Assembly (NCBI GenBank): GCA_964016885.1
Contig: OZ024756.1
Coordinates: forward strand, 38,998,001 to 39,062,000
Direction: 5' to 3'
Length of the DNA stretch: 64,000 nucleotides
From: Eledone cirrhosa
Taxonomy: Eukaryota
Shown: positions 44,198 to 57,884 of the stretch, in pieces
Numbering within the stretch: the stretch's first letter is position 1
Layout: each line of letters starts with the position of its first letter
The notes under the pieces: generated by a model
Seen by the model: the letters and a program-made list of their open reading frames with translations, nothing else
The model's database searches: none
Told to the model about the DNA's origin: nothing
Position numbers and translations under genes: made by a program

Positions 44198-44834
44198 GAT
44201 ATGCTGAGATAACAGATATGCTGAGATGGTAAAAAATTGGCGCCTCATTAGAGCCTAGCATAAAATCTCTTATTCTAACGCCAGAATCTTTTGTAGCTTA
44301 AAAAAGAATTAGAACCAGTCGGACTAAACATTCTCTTTTTTGTTGAAGAGGTGATTAAATAAACGTCTGTTGCTAACAACTGTCTCGTTATTATTATTTT
44401 TTTTACATTGAGTTTAATTTACACTCTCAGTATCAACTGAAAGGTAGAATTATTCTAAATTGCAGAACAGTAGTGGAGATAAACATACATTGCTGAACAG
44501 AATAGTAATATAGCTTTGTATTTATTCCATTTCTCATCACATTGGCCTGGTAATTCCGTGTCACTAAGCTTTGATCTTGGGCAGCCTTCGCTCTCTGCTT
44601 TTAGCCTTGAGCTAAGTAACCACTGATGGGTGTGCTTTTGGTCAACATCAACTTGTTTGTTACGGGCCACATATTTGCCATGTAGAGGTTTCTGCTCTCA
44701 TTTTGATGCTAATTGCTCTTGCCCTTTTGCTTTTGCCATTAATTCTATGTTCTTAGCAGCATTAGTTGCAACCCCATTTACTCACACGGGAATTGAACCT
44801 CAAAATAAAGGGACCATGTTATTTATGTTCAGGC

Positions 44835-45055
44835 AGCGGATTGACAGAATCGGTAGAGCATCGGACACACTGTTTCGTGGCATTGACTTACGGCCCTTTA
44901 TATTCTGTGTTCAAATCTTGCCGAGGTTAACTTTGCCTTTCATCGTTACGGGGTCGATAAAATAAAGAACCAGTACCGTACTGGGGTCGATTAATCGACT
45001 TCCCCCTCCTCTCAAAAAAAATTGCTGGCCTTGTGCTTAAATCAGAAACCATTAT
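44835..45055 (+). mobile_element. tRNA-derived SINE copy (long-tail variant)
   Basis: Family match with diverged A and B boxes. Confidence 0.8.
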
Positions 45056-46109
45056 TTATGTTTGGAAATGTTGTTCAGCGTTCGCCTGTTTTTCTTCCTA
45101 CAGCTACGAAAACAAGTTGGTAAGATGAGGTGAAAGTGAATTCCTTAAGGGTGTTTCTGTCACGAGATATGTGTTCATACATTATTGACAAAATTGATGT
45201 TTTGTCGGAAATTCACAGAAGAGAAACGAACCTAAAGGAAATATATCATAGCTAGTTATCTGATCTTTAGCGTTGGGAATCACCGCAATTTAACACTGCC
45301 ATTGGTCAATAAACGACTATTTATAGAAATATTCTAAGCTAGAGGAAACACAGTCAACGTCATCGGTTAGTCATGTTAATCCTATAAAGATACTCTTTCT
45401 TTCAGGTCTGATACATGAAAATATAAAGAAAAAAAATAACATTAGTTAACATTTCAAACAGTCATCAAAATGGCGCTTGTTTAATCATCCGTTATTCACA
45501 CATGCGTCAAAGAACTATTTAATATTATAGAGAGTTGTGTGCATTATATTTCATGTTGCAGTTTATTTGCATTAAATCTGCATATTGATGTGTTTTCGAC
45601 GATACTTCAACATACGTGGCAAACAAGCGGAAAGTAATCAGAATTATATCGTAAGTACACGTGTAAAGTATTCACGTTTGCTCATCAGAATTAAAGGACA
45701 TTTAAGTTGCTTTTAATTCGCTCTCATTGCATCAGTTCACTCATATCGATCCAAGAAGTACCTATATATATATATATATTTGCACGTCCGGTAATTATTT
45801 TATCGATCACTTTTTGTCGAACTGCTAAGTTACGGAATATAAGTCTTATATATATATAAAACAAAGAAGGTGTGGTAAGATACCAGGTGGGCCATAACGC
45901 ACCAGAGTACTCGATACATAGGGTAGTAGAGTGGGTAATAGGAAAAGAGTCAGGACCCGTTTCGACAGGTAGATCTGAACTATCTAGATCTAGCTGTCGA
46001 AACGGCCGAGCTCAGCCGTCGGGGTCCTGACTCTTTTCTTACTTTACTACCCAGTATCGAGTACTCTGGTGCGTTACGGTTCACCTGGTTCCTTACCACA
46101 CTTCCTTCG

Positions 46110-46145
<36 letters not shown>

Positions 46146-46577
46146 CAGAGCAAACGATACAGTACAATGAAGAAATATATTATTAGTTTTACGCTTGATG
46201 TAATAGGGAAAGAGTCTTATCGTTTTGGACGCTGGTCCTTCATCATTGACGTAAGTAGCCTCTTAGCTCAATAATTAGAGCACTCGGCCAGAATTCAAAA
46301 GACAAGAAGTTCGCTTCTCCCTAGCGACTGACACCTTTTTTCCATCTCTAGGGGTATTTTACCTGATTTTCTAAGCTATGGTTTGTTGTTACAATTTAGA
46401 ATTCCTATAATTATTTCGTATGTTACAATACAGCTGAAATAGGCACCAAACGAACTGTTTTGATTGATATGATCGATTATACAACCCCTTAAATCCTTGC
46501 CCCAGCATGGCCGCAGTCCAACGAGTGGAAACAATAAATAATATTACATTAAAAGCAAACGAAAAGCATGGTAAATA

Positions 46578-46684
46578 TATGGAATCCCCCAAAAATGTAT
46601 ACACCCTTTGATTACCTATACAGGAAATATTTATTAGAATGCTGTTGAAGTGTGTATACATTTTTTGGGGGGACACCTTGTATA
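46578..46684. mobile_element. MITE, second copy
   Basis: Reverse complement of 1870-1966. Confidence 0.7.
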
Positions 46685-47089
46685 CCTACGATAGACAAAA
46701 GCTTTATCTACAGGAGAGCTTGTTTCTTGTCAGCTTAATGGCGTGGAGATATATACCAGCTGTATGGAGATTAAAATACAATACGTTCGAGTTATCATTG
46801 CTTAAACTGTTTTCAGCATTTTGCTTTTAACAGTATCTTGGCTGTAGAACTTTTTTACAACTCAAAATTACTTCCTTCACAAAATGAATGTATCTCTTTT
46901 CTCTTTTCAAATATTGCTATAACAACGTCACGAGATATGAAGTCTCTGGAGAATTGGACAATGTCTGTGATGTTTGTTTACTTCATTTCTTAATTCAACA
47001 AAATTCAGAAACAGAAACAAAAGCAAACAAAATCTGGCGATTTCGACAGATAATGAAGATGCTTGTGGACATTTGCAAACATCCACTCC

Positions 47090-47350
47090 CCTGTGGGTAG
47101 CCAACTCCGTGCCGATGGTGGCTCTAGGGCCAAGGACACCAGAAGTCTCCACTGTTACGGGTAGCCAAGTCTGTGTTGATAGTGGTGAGTAGTGTGGTGG
47201 CCCTCGGGTCAAGGACACCAGAAGTCTCCACTCTTACGGGGTGCCAATTCTGTGTCGAGGATGATGGTGAGTAGGGAGGTGGTCCTAGGGCCAAGGACAT
47301 CAGAAGTCTCTCTCCACAGCTACGGGTAGCCAACTCTGAGTTGATGATGG
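47090..47350. repeat. About 80-bp GC-rich tandem repeat (3 diverged units)
   Basis: Recurring ccaaggacaccagaagtctccact.ttacggg..gccaa.tctg. Confidence 0.75.
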
Positions 47351-47595
47351 TTGCGAATTCAATTCTCGGACCGGATGATGCGTTGTGTCCTTGGGCAAGA
47401 TATTTTATTTCACGCTGCTCTTTCTGCCAGGAGTTGCGATCGGTCGGTAGATAGTATCAACAATGGAAAGATCAATGGAAACATTGTTTCCTTGGTCCGA
47501 TTTTATAAGGTCCACCTCACTCGGCAAGCGAACGAGGCCTGGGATCTAGTCGATTGGTCAGAACGAGAGCGAACACAAGGAAGATAAAACAGAAT

Positions 47596-47783
47596 AATTG
47601 TTTCTACTTTTGGCATAAGGCCAGCAATTATTCCAGTGTATTACTGGTACTTTTATTTATCGACCTCATAAGGATGAAAGGCAAAGTTAACCTCGGCGGG
47701 ATTTGAACTCAGACCATAAAGGGCCGTAACTCTTTGCTGCAAAGCATGGCGTCAGACCCTCTACCGATACTGCCAATCCACCA
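47596..47783 (-). mobile_element. tRNA-derived SINE copy with AGAATAAT TSD
   Basis: Full-length family match, AGAATAAT on both flanks. Confidence 0.88.
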
Positions 47784-48034
47784 AGAATAATAAAATTAAA
47801 TAAATAATAGTCGTCAGGTAACGAGATCTTAAATTGTTCTTCATATTTCACAGGAAGCATTCCTGTTAGGTTTCCAATTCTTCATTGATCTTTCCTTCGG
47901 TGAGGAAAGATTTCAACAGTTTTATGACAGCTGAACAACTTTACTGTGGGACTTTATTGTGAGATTTTAATGTCTTTTGTTTAGTTGAACATTGTCTCGG
48001 CTTTATTTGTGGGTGTTTACTATGGGTGTAAATG

Positions 48035-48800
48035 TACAGGTGTTCACTATGTCTGTATATTTATAGGTGTTCACTATGTCGTTACATCTATAGGTGTTCA
48101 CTATGTCTGTTTGTTTATAGGTGTTCACTATATCTGTATATCTATAGGTGTTCACTATGTCTGTATATTTATAGGTGTTCACTATGTCGTTATATCTATA
48201 GGTGTTCACTATGTCTGTATATTTATAGGCGTTCACTATGTCTGTATATTTATAGGTGTTCACTATGTCTGTATATCTATAGGTGTTCACTATGTCTGTA
48301 TATCTATAGGTGTTCACTATGTCTGTATATCTATAGGTGTTCACTATGTCTGTATATCTATAGGTGTTCACTATGTCTGTTTGTTTATAGGTGTTCACTA
48401 TGTCTGTTTGTTTATAGGTGTTCACTATATCACTATATCTATAGGCGTTCACTATGTCTGTATATTTATAGGCGTTCACTATATCGCTATATCTATAGGT
48501 GTTCACTATGTCTATATCTATAGGTGTTCACTATGTCTGTATATTTATAGGCGTTCACTATATCGCTATATCTATAGGTGTTCACTATGTCTATATCTAT
48601 AGGTGTTCACTATGTCTGTATATTTATAGGTGTTCACTATATGTGTAGTAAACACTGCGGAATAAGTCTCCACTATATTTATAGGTGTTCACTATGTATG
48701 TATATCTATAGGTGTTAACTATGTCACTATATACATAGGTCTTCACTATATGAGTAGTAAACACTGCGGAGTAAGTCTCCACTATATCTATAGATGTTCA
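48035..48800. repeat. 27-bp minisatellite
   Basis: Unit TATAGGTGTTCACTATGTCTGTATAT(C/T), about 27 units, degenerating at the right end. Confidence 0.92.
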
Positions 48801-48946
48801 CTCTGTGTGTATTAAACATTATAGAATAATTCTCAGACCTGTCAACTCTCCCCGTCGGACGGGGAGTTTTCTCACCCCCTTTGGGGTGAGTGAGAGATAT
48901 TTTCTCTTGTGAAAATGGATATAGCTTTCATTATATAAAATATCCC

Positions 48947-49134
48947 CGGGCGGTGAATTGGCAGTATCGGTAGAGGGTCGGGCGCCATGCTTTGCAGCGC
49001 AGTTTCGTCCCTTTACGGACTGAGTTCAAATCCCGCCGAGGTTAACTTTGCCTTTCATCCTTACGGGGTCGATAAAATAAAGTACCAGTAAAACACTGGG
49101 ATAATTGCTGGTCTTGTGCCAAAAGTAGAAACAA
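48947..49134 (+). mobile_element. tRNA-derived SINE, full length with about 17-bp TSD
   Basis: A-box TGGCAGTATCGG, B-box GAGTTCAAATCC, body GCCTTTCATCCTTACGGGGTCGATAAAATAAAGTACCAG. Flanked by ATTATATAAAATATCCC on both sides. Confidence 0.9.
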
Positions 49135-50288
49135 TTATATAAAATATCCCCATTTTTGCCTCATTTCTCCCCGTTTTGGGGCCCGTTTTTTCATGGTACT
49201 CCCTGTTTGGGTTTTTAGAGGTTGGCAGGTCTGAAATCTTCACAATATTTCTAGGTGTTTCTATGTGAAATCAAACAGGAATATGTAGTAGTTTATGAGT
49301 TTATGTGATGTTCAACATTGCTTGACACCTAAAATGGTTAATGTTTAATTTAACAGAAGTAAATACAAGTTTTAGTCGATAGTTCGACTATAGTTTCTTA
49401 CTAATATTTGTTCTAAACTGTAGGGAATGGGGAAAAAATAGTCACCGTTTACAAAATTTCAATTCCAAGATGGAATACCGCTTAAGGAACTCATTAAAAC
49501 AATCAACAAACGATGAATTAATTGTTTATCACCCGGGTTATATAATTATGCATACACACTTAAATGCTACACACCGAGAAATTATATTTTTATTAAATCT
49601 TCTGTCTGAAGCAAATAATTGTTTTTGTTGTTATGGTTGGTGTCAACACGTGACTTGTTATACATCTCTGCATTTGACATCTCCGTTAAATACAGATGTT
49701 ATGATTTTATGAACCCAATTCCTATGAGGTCGCACACGATCTCGATTAAATAATTAGACATGTGTCGTGAAAATATTGATAAAAACATAATTGTTGAAGT
49801 TGAACAACAAGAGAAGAGTTACTGACTCTAATTCTTCTCCATGTTTCTGGAAGATTAATTCTAAGAAGGCGGTTAATATTTTGTGTGCACTCATGTCAGA
49901 AATTATATGGACATACGACACATGCAGAAACGAAACTAAATAATGGTAAGTGATGCGTGGTAAATAGTCATAAATATCATATAGTGGTAAAAAAAAGGAC
50001 ACCAGAAAACATCAACACACACGAGGGAAACGTGTTAGACAGAGAAAGAAAAAGAGAGAAAGAATTCACACGAGAATATCGTTTGTCTATTGAGAAAAGA
50101 GCAAAAGAAATAGAACACGTGAGAAAAAAAGATGAGAAGAAACTGTGTGATATTTATTAGGAAAAAAAACTGAAAGATTGTGTGTGGTGGTTAGAGTGGA
50201 AATACACACACAGGCACATACAGACATATGTATACACATACAGACATATGTATACACACACACATATTTGTACACACACACACACATA

Positions 50289-50348
<60 letters not shown>

Positions 50349-50789
50349 TTTATATATATATATATAACAAAGAGGGTATGGTAAGATACCAGGTGGACCA
50401 TAACACACCAGAGTACTCAATACTTGGGGTAGTAGAGTGGGTAATAGGAAAAGAATCAGGACCCCAAGGGTCCTGATTCTTTTCCCTATATATATATAAA
50501 GAAATAAATATATATATATATATACTGTATTTCATTAAATATACCTCATATTCAACAAACACACATACACACTGACACGCAGACGTGTCTGTGTGTATGT
50601 GTGTGCGAGAGAGAGAGAGGTAGAGTGAGAGAGAGAGGGAGAGAGGGAGAGATAGAGAGGGAGAGATAGAGAGAGAGTATGTACGTGTGTGCGAAAGAGA
50701 GAAAGAGGTAGAGAGAGAGAGAGGGAGAGAGAGAGGGAGAGAGGGAGAGAGAGAGAGAGAGTATGTGTGTGCGAAGGAGAGAGAGAGGA

Positions 50790-50826
<37 letters not shown>

Positions 50827-51375
50827 AGAGAGAGAAACAGGGGGGGGGGGGGGTATATGTATGTGTGTGAAAGAAAAAGAGAAAGAGATAGAATAAGAAA
50901 CATAGAATATGACTAAGACACCTAATGAGTAAAAACAAAAACAAAAGCAAAAACAAACAACAACAAACAAACCAAAATGTCTGAGGCGTATTAATTGTGA
51001 CGTTAGTAATAAAGCAATCAACCTTTTGAAGAAAGCAAAGAGAAAATGTCTTTCATTTTGTATCTTTTTAAACAAAAGCGATTTTTGTAGATGTGCAGCA
51101 GTTTCACGTGTTAGGTTCTTTAGAGAGACGCTGTGTGATATAGGGCAAAATCGTGATTGAAAAGCTGTGCTGTCCAGTTAAAATCATGCTTGATTTAATT
51201 GTTATTCAGATCATTAGAGATGGTCAGCTTAAGCCACTTTTACACCTGGCTACCATGTAAATAATAATATGGTCAGGGTGTGATATTTATTTTTCACAAA
51301 CTGTTCTTCTTTTTACGTTGTTTATATTTTCTTAATTTTAACATTTTTCTCGTTTAAATACTTTGCATTATTAAA

Positions 51376-51910
51376 CCCCCAGTACATTACTGGTACTTTA
51401 TTTTATCGAACCCGTAAGGATGAAAGGCAAAGTTTAAATCCCGCCGAGGTTAACTTTGCCTTTCATCCTTACGGGGGTCGATAAAATAAAGTACCAGTAA
51501 TACACTGGGGTAATTGCTGGCCTTGTGCCAAAAGTAGAAACAATTATTAAATATGACTTGAGGGCGGTGGATTGGCAGTATCGGTGGAGCGTCGGACGCC
51601 ATGCTTTACAGCATAGAGTTACGGCCTTTTACGGTCTGAGTTCAAATCCCGTCAAGGTTAACTTTGTCTTTCATCCTTACGGGGTCGATAAAATAAAGTA
51701 CCAGCAATACACTGGGGTAATTGCTGGCCTTGTGCCAAAAGTAGAAACAAATATTATATACAAGGCCAACTATTTGTGGGGAGGGGAAAGTTGATTACAT
51801 CGACCCCAGTGGTATGTTACGACCCCGTAAGGATGAAAGGTAAAGTTAACCTCGACCGTAAAGGGACGTTACTATGCTGGAAAGCATCGTGTCCGACCCT
51901 CTACTGATTG
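51376..51910. mobile_element. SINE cluster: inverted partial pair, full + copy, rearranged - copy
   Basis: 51376-51434 (-) abuts 51437-51545 (+). Full copy at 51561-51752 (+). Deleted copy at 51760-51910 (-). Confidence 0.85.
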
Positions 51911-52096
51911 GTAAAGCTTCAGGTAAAATGCCATTACGATATTTGTACTGGTTCTTTGTCATTCTGCGTTCAAATCCTAGTCTTCCAGGACCTCCTCTCC
52001 CCTTTTATCTGTCTTCCTCTTCCTTTTCCCAACCAAAAGGTTTTCCTCCACACCCCGACTTACGAAATGACTTTCTTTCAATTCAAAATTAGCCCC

Positions 52097-52171
<75 letters not shown>

Positions 52172-52229
52172 AGCATATCATTAAAGGACTTTAATATCTG
52201 AAACTACTTCACTTTTTCTTATTCTCTCA

Positions 52230-52290
<61 letters not shown>

Positions 52291-52938
52291 AAGAGAGACG
52301 GAGAGATAAGTGTATGTTTATATATATATAAACATATATATATAGTCTTTTAAAGACTATATATATATGTTTATATATATATAAACATATATATATAGTC
52401 TTTTAAAGACTATATATATATATATATGTTTTAAAGACTATATATATATAGTCTTTTCAAGGCTATATAGTGCATTTGTAGTTTTTCCCAAATTGACGGA
52501 TAATTATTACTTCTTGATTTTATTTTAAATTAAGATTGTATTACTTTTCCCCAACTTACACAAAGTTTGATGAAAAAGTTTATTCTTCTTGATTTGTTTT
52601 GAATTAAGATTGTATTACTTTTCCCCTCATCCTGCATTAAATATTTTTTCATCTTGATGGTATAGACACTTATATACCTGAATTATTGTTGGCATTTTGC
52701 TTACATTAATTTTATTTTCATTTATATATATATGTATATATATAAATGAAGTAATTCCGTCGGAAAAGTCCAGGAAAAAAGAGTGCTCTATGTAGGTAAT
52801 AGAGCTTAATAGTTATGTAATAAACAACATAAGGCAATTATTTCCTTTACCAGTGGTTTCTTAAAAGTAAAAAAACTTTGCTTTCAATCATCAGAATGAA
52901 AAAATCCTGGTGTATTTATTGACGTTGGATTTTAAAAA

Positions 52939-53004
<66 letters not shown>

Positions 53005-53026
53005 TAGCGGCGATGAATTAGTTTAG

Positions 53027-53912
53027 CGAGGTTTTTTATATGAAATCGTGTGTCGAAACTGTAAAACTAGAAACGTAGTCTATAGCATAAGATGTACAGA
53101 GGGTACTTGCAGAAACATGACAACAACATACATAGGTGAGACAGCTCGTAGCATAGGTGAAAGGATAGACCAACACTGGGGGGAACTAAAAAGACGAAAA
53201 AAACGGGTCAGTACTATACGAACATGCTAGACAACAACATGACGGTAACATAGACAACATAGAAATTAGAATAATATCTAAACATAGAAATGACCCAGCA
53301 GATAGGCAAATCAGAGAGGCAAGTGAAATAGAAATTAGAAGACCAAAGCTAAACAGAAAGAATGAGTGGAATAACAACAACACCCAAACAAACAACACTG
53401 ACCTAAGATAAATAAGTAAATAAAATAAGATAAATAAATACATACACAAGCACAATAACAACAAGCACATAAACACACTAGTCACCCAGCAAACATAACA
53501 CTATACACACTAGTCACACAGCAAACATAACACTATACACACACGCAAACGCATGCGCAAAGAAGACAAAATAAAATAAACAAACAAGCAAATAAATAAA
53601 TAAATATATAGACAGACTGAATAAAAAATGGCGTAGACATACAACACAACAGGAGGAAAATATAACACCACTGACGATGTTGCATATGTGCAACGAAAGA
53701 TTTATGTAAATTATGTAAACTATATATATGTGTTTATGTCTATATTGTATCTGTATTATTTTTGACCGTCGTTCAGTCAATGGCAACATTGAGGACCGAG
53801 TAAGCTAGATTACAGATATAAAAGACAGCGAGAAGCGAAAACCAACCAAACAGTGAGTGTGTTCTGTTATTAATTCTGGCAATATTACACAAATATGACC
53901 CTCCCCAAGTAT

Positions 53913-53920
<8 letters not shown>
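53027..53920 (+). mobile_element. Penelope-like element 3' remnant with frameshifted GIY-YIG endonuclease (about 53057-53411)
   Basis: NCKTRNVVYSIRCTEGTC..TYIGETARSIGERIDQH, frameshift in the A-run near 53200, then GSVLYEHARQQH..DRQIREASEI..PKLNRKNEW..TAA at 53409-53411. Followed by a hammerhead motif and flanked by (TA)n. Confidence 0.85.
53669..53706 (+). ncRNA. Minimal hammerhead motif in 3' region of Penelope-like remnant
   Basis: CA-CTGACGA-T-GTTGCA tatg TGCAAC-GAA-AGATTT-A-TG, about 260 nt after the GIY-YIG stop. Stem I is eroded. Confidence 0.65.
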
Positions 53921-53978
<58 letters not shown>

Positions 53979-54086
53979 GTGAGTATCCCGGGTCAAATCG
54001 GGGGTAACCACAGTAAGTAAGGTACTCAATACATAGCAGAGTATAAATATTTAATATAGAAATGGCTTCTACAGGACCAGAGCTAC

Positions 54087-54133
54087 TTTCCTGATGATTT
54101 CCTTCGAATGAAACAGTTCTAGTCCTGTAGAAG
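54087..54133 (+). ncRNA. Type I hammerhead motif with full stem III
   Basis: TTTC-CTGATGA-tTTCcttcGAAt-GAA-ACAG ttctagtc CTGT-A-GAAG, GUA triplet. Lies within fold-back 54058-54142. Degenerate sisters at about 17497-17535 and 28893-28990. Confidence 0.6.
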
Positions 54134-54253
54134 CCATTTCTATATATTATATATACCTTCATACATACATACATACATACATACATACATACATACATAC
54201 ATACATACATACATACATACATACATACATACATACATACATGCATACATACA

Positions 54254-54331
<78 letters not shown>

Positions 54332-54372
54332 CGAAACATAAGTCAATTGCATGAACTCATAATCCTTTATTT

Positions 54373-54428
54373 ACTGCTATATATATTTCGATGATAGCCA
54401 TTGAATGGCTATGACCTCATCAGGCAGT
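54373..54428 (-). ncRNA. Minimal type I hammerhead motif (sister of 33739-33794)
   Basis: Minus strand ACTGC-CTGATGA-GGTc ATAGCCATT c AATGGCTAT cATC-GAA-ATATATAT-A-GCAGT. The base of stem II pairs better than in the 33739 copy. Confidence 0.78.
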
Positions 54429-54487
54429 TAGTCAACCCTTAGATATGCCAGCTCTGTGTTTATAGTGTTGATGGCATCAGAGCCTTG

Positions 54488-54568
<81 letters not shown>

Positions 54569-55040
54569 GTTGGATTACATCAAACAAGACCAGTCCGGTT
54601 TTCATGAAACCGAAAAGCAAACGTTTAATTTTCATACATTTATGCATGAATATATATCTGTATATGTGCAGAAGATTCACGTGTAGGACTCTGGGGGAAA
54701 CATTTATCATATAGGGCAGAATCGTGACTAAAAGCTGTGTTGGTCAGTGAAAAACGATGCTAGATTTAATGGTTGTTCAGTTGTAGATTTAATGATTGTT
54801 CAGCTTATCACATAAACAGCAAAATGGCTAGGATGTTATTTAGTCTTCTTAAATGTCATCTCCATAATTCCTCTTGTGTTGTTTCTTTCTTTTAGTTTTC
54901 CGAGGTTTAATTATCGTTCTTCTGTACAATTACCTCTTCACATTTCCTCGCTCACAGTATTTATCTGTCTGTCTGTCTATCTGTATATCTATCTATCTGT
55001 TTATCTATCTATCTATCTATCTGTCTAAATATCTATCTAC

Positions 55041-55160
<120 letters not shown>

Positions 55161-55349
55161 GAAAAAGTATGACCCCGACGGCAGAGCTCAAGCCGTTTCG
55201 ACGGGTATTTCTGGACTGAGTCCAGAAATAGCCGTCGAAACGGCTTGAGCTCTGCCGTCGGGGTCATATTTTTTCCTATTACCCACTCTACTACCCAAAG
55301 TATCGAGTACTCTGGTGCGTTATGGTCCACCTAGTTCCTTACCACACTT

Positions 55350-55382
<33 letters not shown>

Positions 55383-55385
<3 letters not shown>

Positions 55386-56352
55386 TGGTGCATGCAACAA
55401 CATCCCTCACTAGCTATGCTGATGACACTAAGAGACCACAGGCAATCAAAAACCCGGCTGACGCTGCCCTTTTACGGCAGGATCTGGATGCCATATACAG
55501 ATGGGCGGAAGAAAACAACATGCAGTTTAATGCTGGCAAATTCCAAGCCCTACAATACAAACCTGCAAACACAAATCGATACGAGACCTGGGCATAGACA
55601 TGAGCGATGATGCATCTTTTTCTTCACACATCATGAAAGTGGCGACAACATGCAGACGACTCGCTGGCTGGATCTTGAGGACTTTCCGGACAAGAGATCG
55701 AGACACCATGTTGACACTGTGGAGGACTTTTGTCCTAAGCCGCCTGGACTACTGCTCCCAGTTGTGGTCACCCCATAGTGTCAAACTAACCACGGAGCTT
55801 GAGGCAATCCAGCGAAGCTACACCAAGAGGATTGCCAAGATGAGGGAGACAAGCTACTGGGAGAGGCTAAAGGAACTGAACCTCTACTCCTTGGAGCGAA
55901 GACGGGAGAGATACGCAGTGATCTACATGTTGAAAATCCTGGAGGGACTAGCACCAAACTTTGGCATTGGGAGCTGGACCAACCGTCGAACAGGACGTCA
56001 CTGTGTGGTGCCAAAGGTCCCGTCTTCCACATCTAGAATAAGGAGCAGGTAATGCAATAGCCTGGGATTCAAGGGCCCTCAACTCTTCAACAGGCTGCCG
56101 AGGCATCTGAGAGACTTGCATGACGTGGAGGTGGATGTCTTTAAGAAACATCTCGACACCTTGTTATCCAGGATCCCGGATGAGCCCACAGCAAGACACG
56201 AGGGAAACCTAAGGGCAGCAGCAACAAACTCCCTCCTACACCAGTGGCCAACCTATACAGGCTGGAGATAAAATGTGTAGCAACAAGGGCGGTGCCCCAG
56301 CATGGCCTCAGCCGGATGGCTGAAACAGGTAAAAGAGTAAAAGAGTAAAAGA

Positions 56353-56354
<2 letters not shown>
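55383..56354 (+). mobile_element. 5'-truncated CR1-group LINE (RT C-terminal part and 3' UTR)
   Basis: YADDTK..QDLDAIYRWAEENNMQFNAGK, then SRLDYCSQLWSP..ELNLYSLERRRER. Internal deletion/frameshift near 55575, premature stop at 56050. Tail (AAAAGAGT)3. Inserted in (TA)n. Confidence 0.85.
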
Positions 56355-56398
<44 letters not shown>

Positions 56399-56428
56399 AG
56401 ATCAAAAGATGGTTAAAAGAGTTCCAAG

Positions 56429-56498
56429 TATTTTATTATGCGCATTTCAAAACAAATATCATCATGGGATGATATCTGCGTTTTCATCAGATAAAATA
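56429..56498 (-). ncRNA. Type I hammerhead ribozyme motif (best formed in window)
   Basis: Minus strand TATTTTAT-CTGATGA-AAAcGCAGATATCATC ccat GATGATATTTGTTTT-GAA-ATGCGCAT-A-ATAAAATA. 8-bp stem I, 15-bp stem II, perfect palindromic stem III. Confidence 0.82.
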
Positions 56499-56605
56499 GG
56501 GATACATGGTATGAAGCTTAAAAACCACTTGTGAATAGTGAAGTTTTAAATCAACATCCGATATTTGCATTGCTTTATTGTGCTACAATAAAACTCACCT
56601 CCTAC

Positions 56606-56652
<47 letters not shown>

Positions 56653-56956
56653 TATATAACAAACTATGAAAAAGTGAACTTGTTTGTAAGTTACCCATTA
56701 TGGGTGGTAGAGGAATTTGGTTGAATATACCGTGGCAAAGCCCAGAGCCGGGCTAGATATTTACGTAAACAAGACCATTATGCTCCAAACAGTCGAATCA
56801 TCAGCGATAACTACCCTAAATATACATACATTTACACTATATATATATTTATTAATTGTATAAATGTAATTGTGTACATATTGTTATGGATTGTATCTAT
56901 AAGAGTATAGGGGTGTGTGTGTATAGATAAGCACACACATACGCACATACATCCCT

Positions 56957-56998
<42 letters not shown>

Positions 56999-57010
56999 AT
57001 CTGTATATAC

Positions 57011-57068
<58 letters not shown>

Positions 57069-57116
57069 AGGAATGTATGCATACGTATATATATACGTAT
57101 GCATACATTCGTACAC

Positions 57117-57250
<134 letters not shown>

Positions 57251-57302
57251 ATGTATGCATACGTATATATATATATATATATATATACGTATGCATACAT
57301 TC

Positions 57303-57341
<39 letters not shown>

Positions 57342-57832
57342 TATATGTATTTATGTATGCATGCATATGTGAATGTATATGTATATATATATGAAGAGAG
57401 CGAGAGAGGGAGAGAGAGAGAGAGGGAGAGAGAGGGAGGTAGGTCTTACCATTAGTAGCAACCTCTCAAGAAATCTAAGGGAAAATCTCTATCATATTCT
57501 ACTCATTTCTGCATTAATATTCCTGTATAATGTATCAGCCTCACGTGTGTGGTTCCTTCCAGAGAGGGAAAGGCCAGAATCGTGATAATAACTGTGGTGT
57601 CTAGTTAAACGATGCTAATTCCAATTCTAGACTAAATGGTTATACAATGCTGGTCAATATTAGATATTTACATAATCAGTTAATTGGACAGCACGTGACA
57701 TATCTTCCTTAATTACAATTTCAGTAGTTCTTTTTTAATTCCATCATTTATTAGCTTTCATTTTGAACTTTCTTTGCGGATAATTCTTTAGAGTTTCTCA
57801 CTGGTTTAATTTTTTCTAAAATGTCTAATAGA

Positions 57833-57884
<52 letters not shown>

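Noticed and set aside
45660-45692. CTGATGA on minus strand (also near 2281, 24923 and 52886)
   Set aside because: No properly placed stem II, GAAA and stem I. Treated as chance matches.
47985-48602. 205-aa GVHYVCISI repeat protein
   Set aside because: Stop-free reading of a 27-bp minisatellite, open on both strands.
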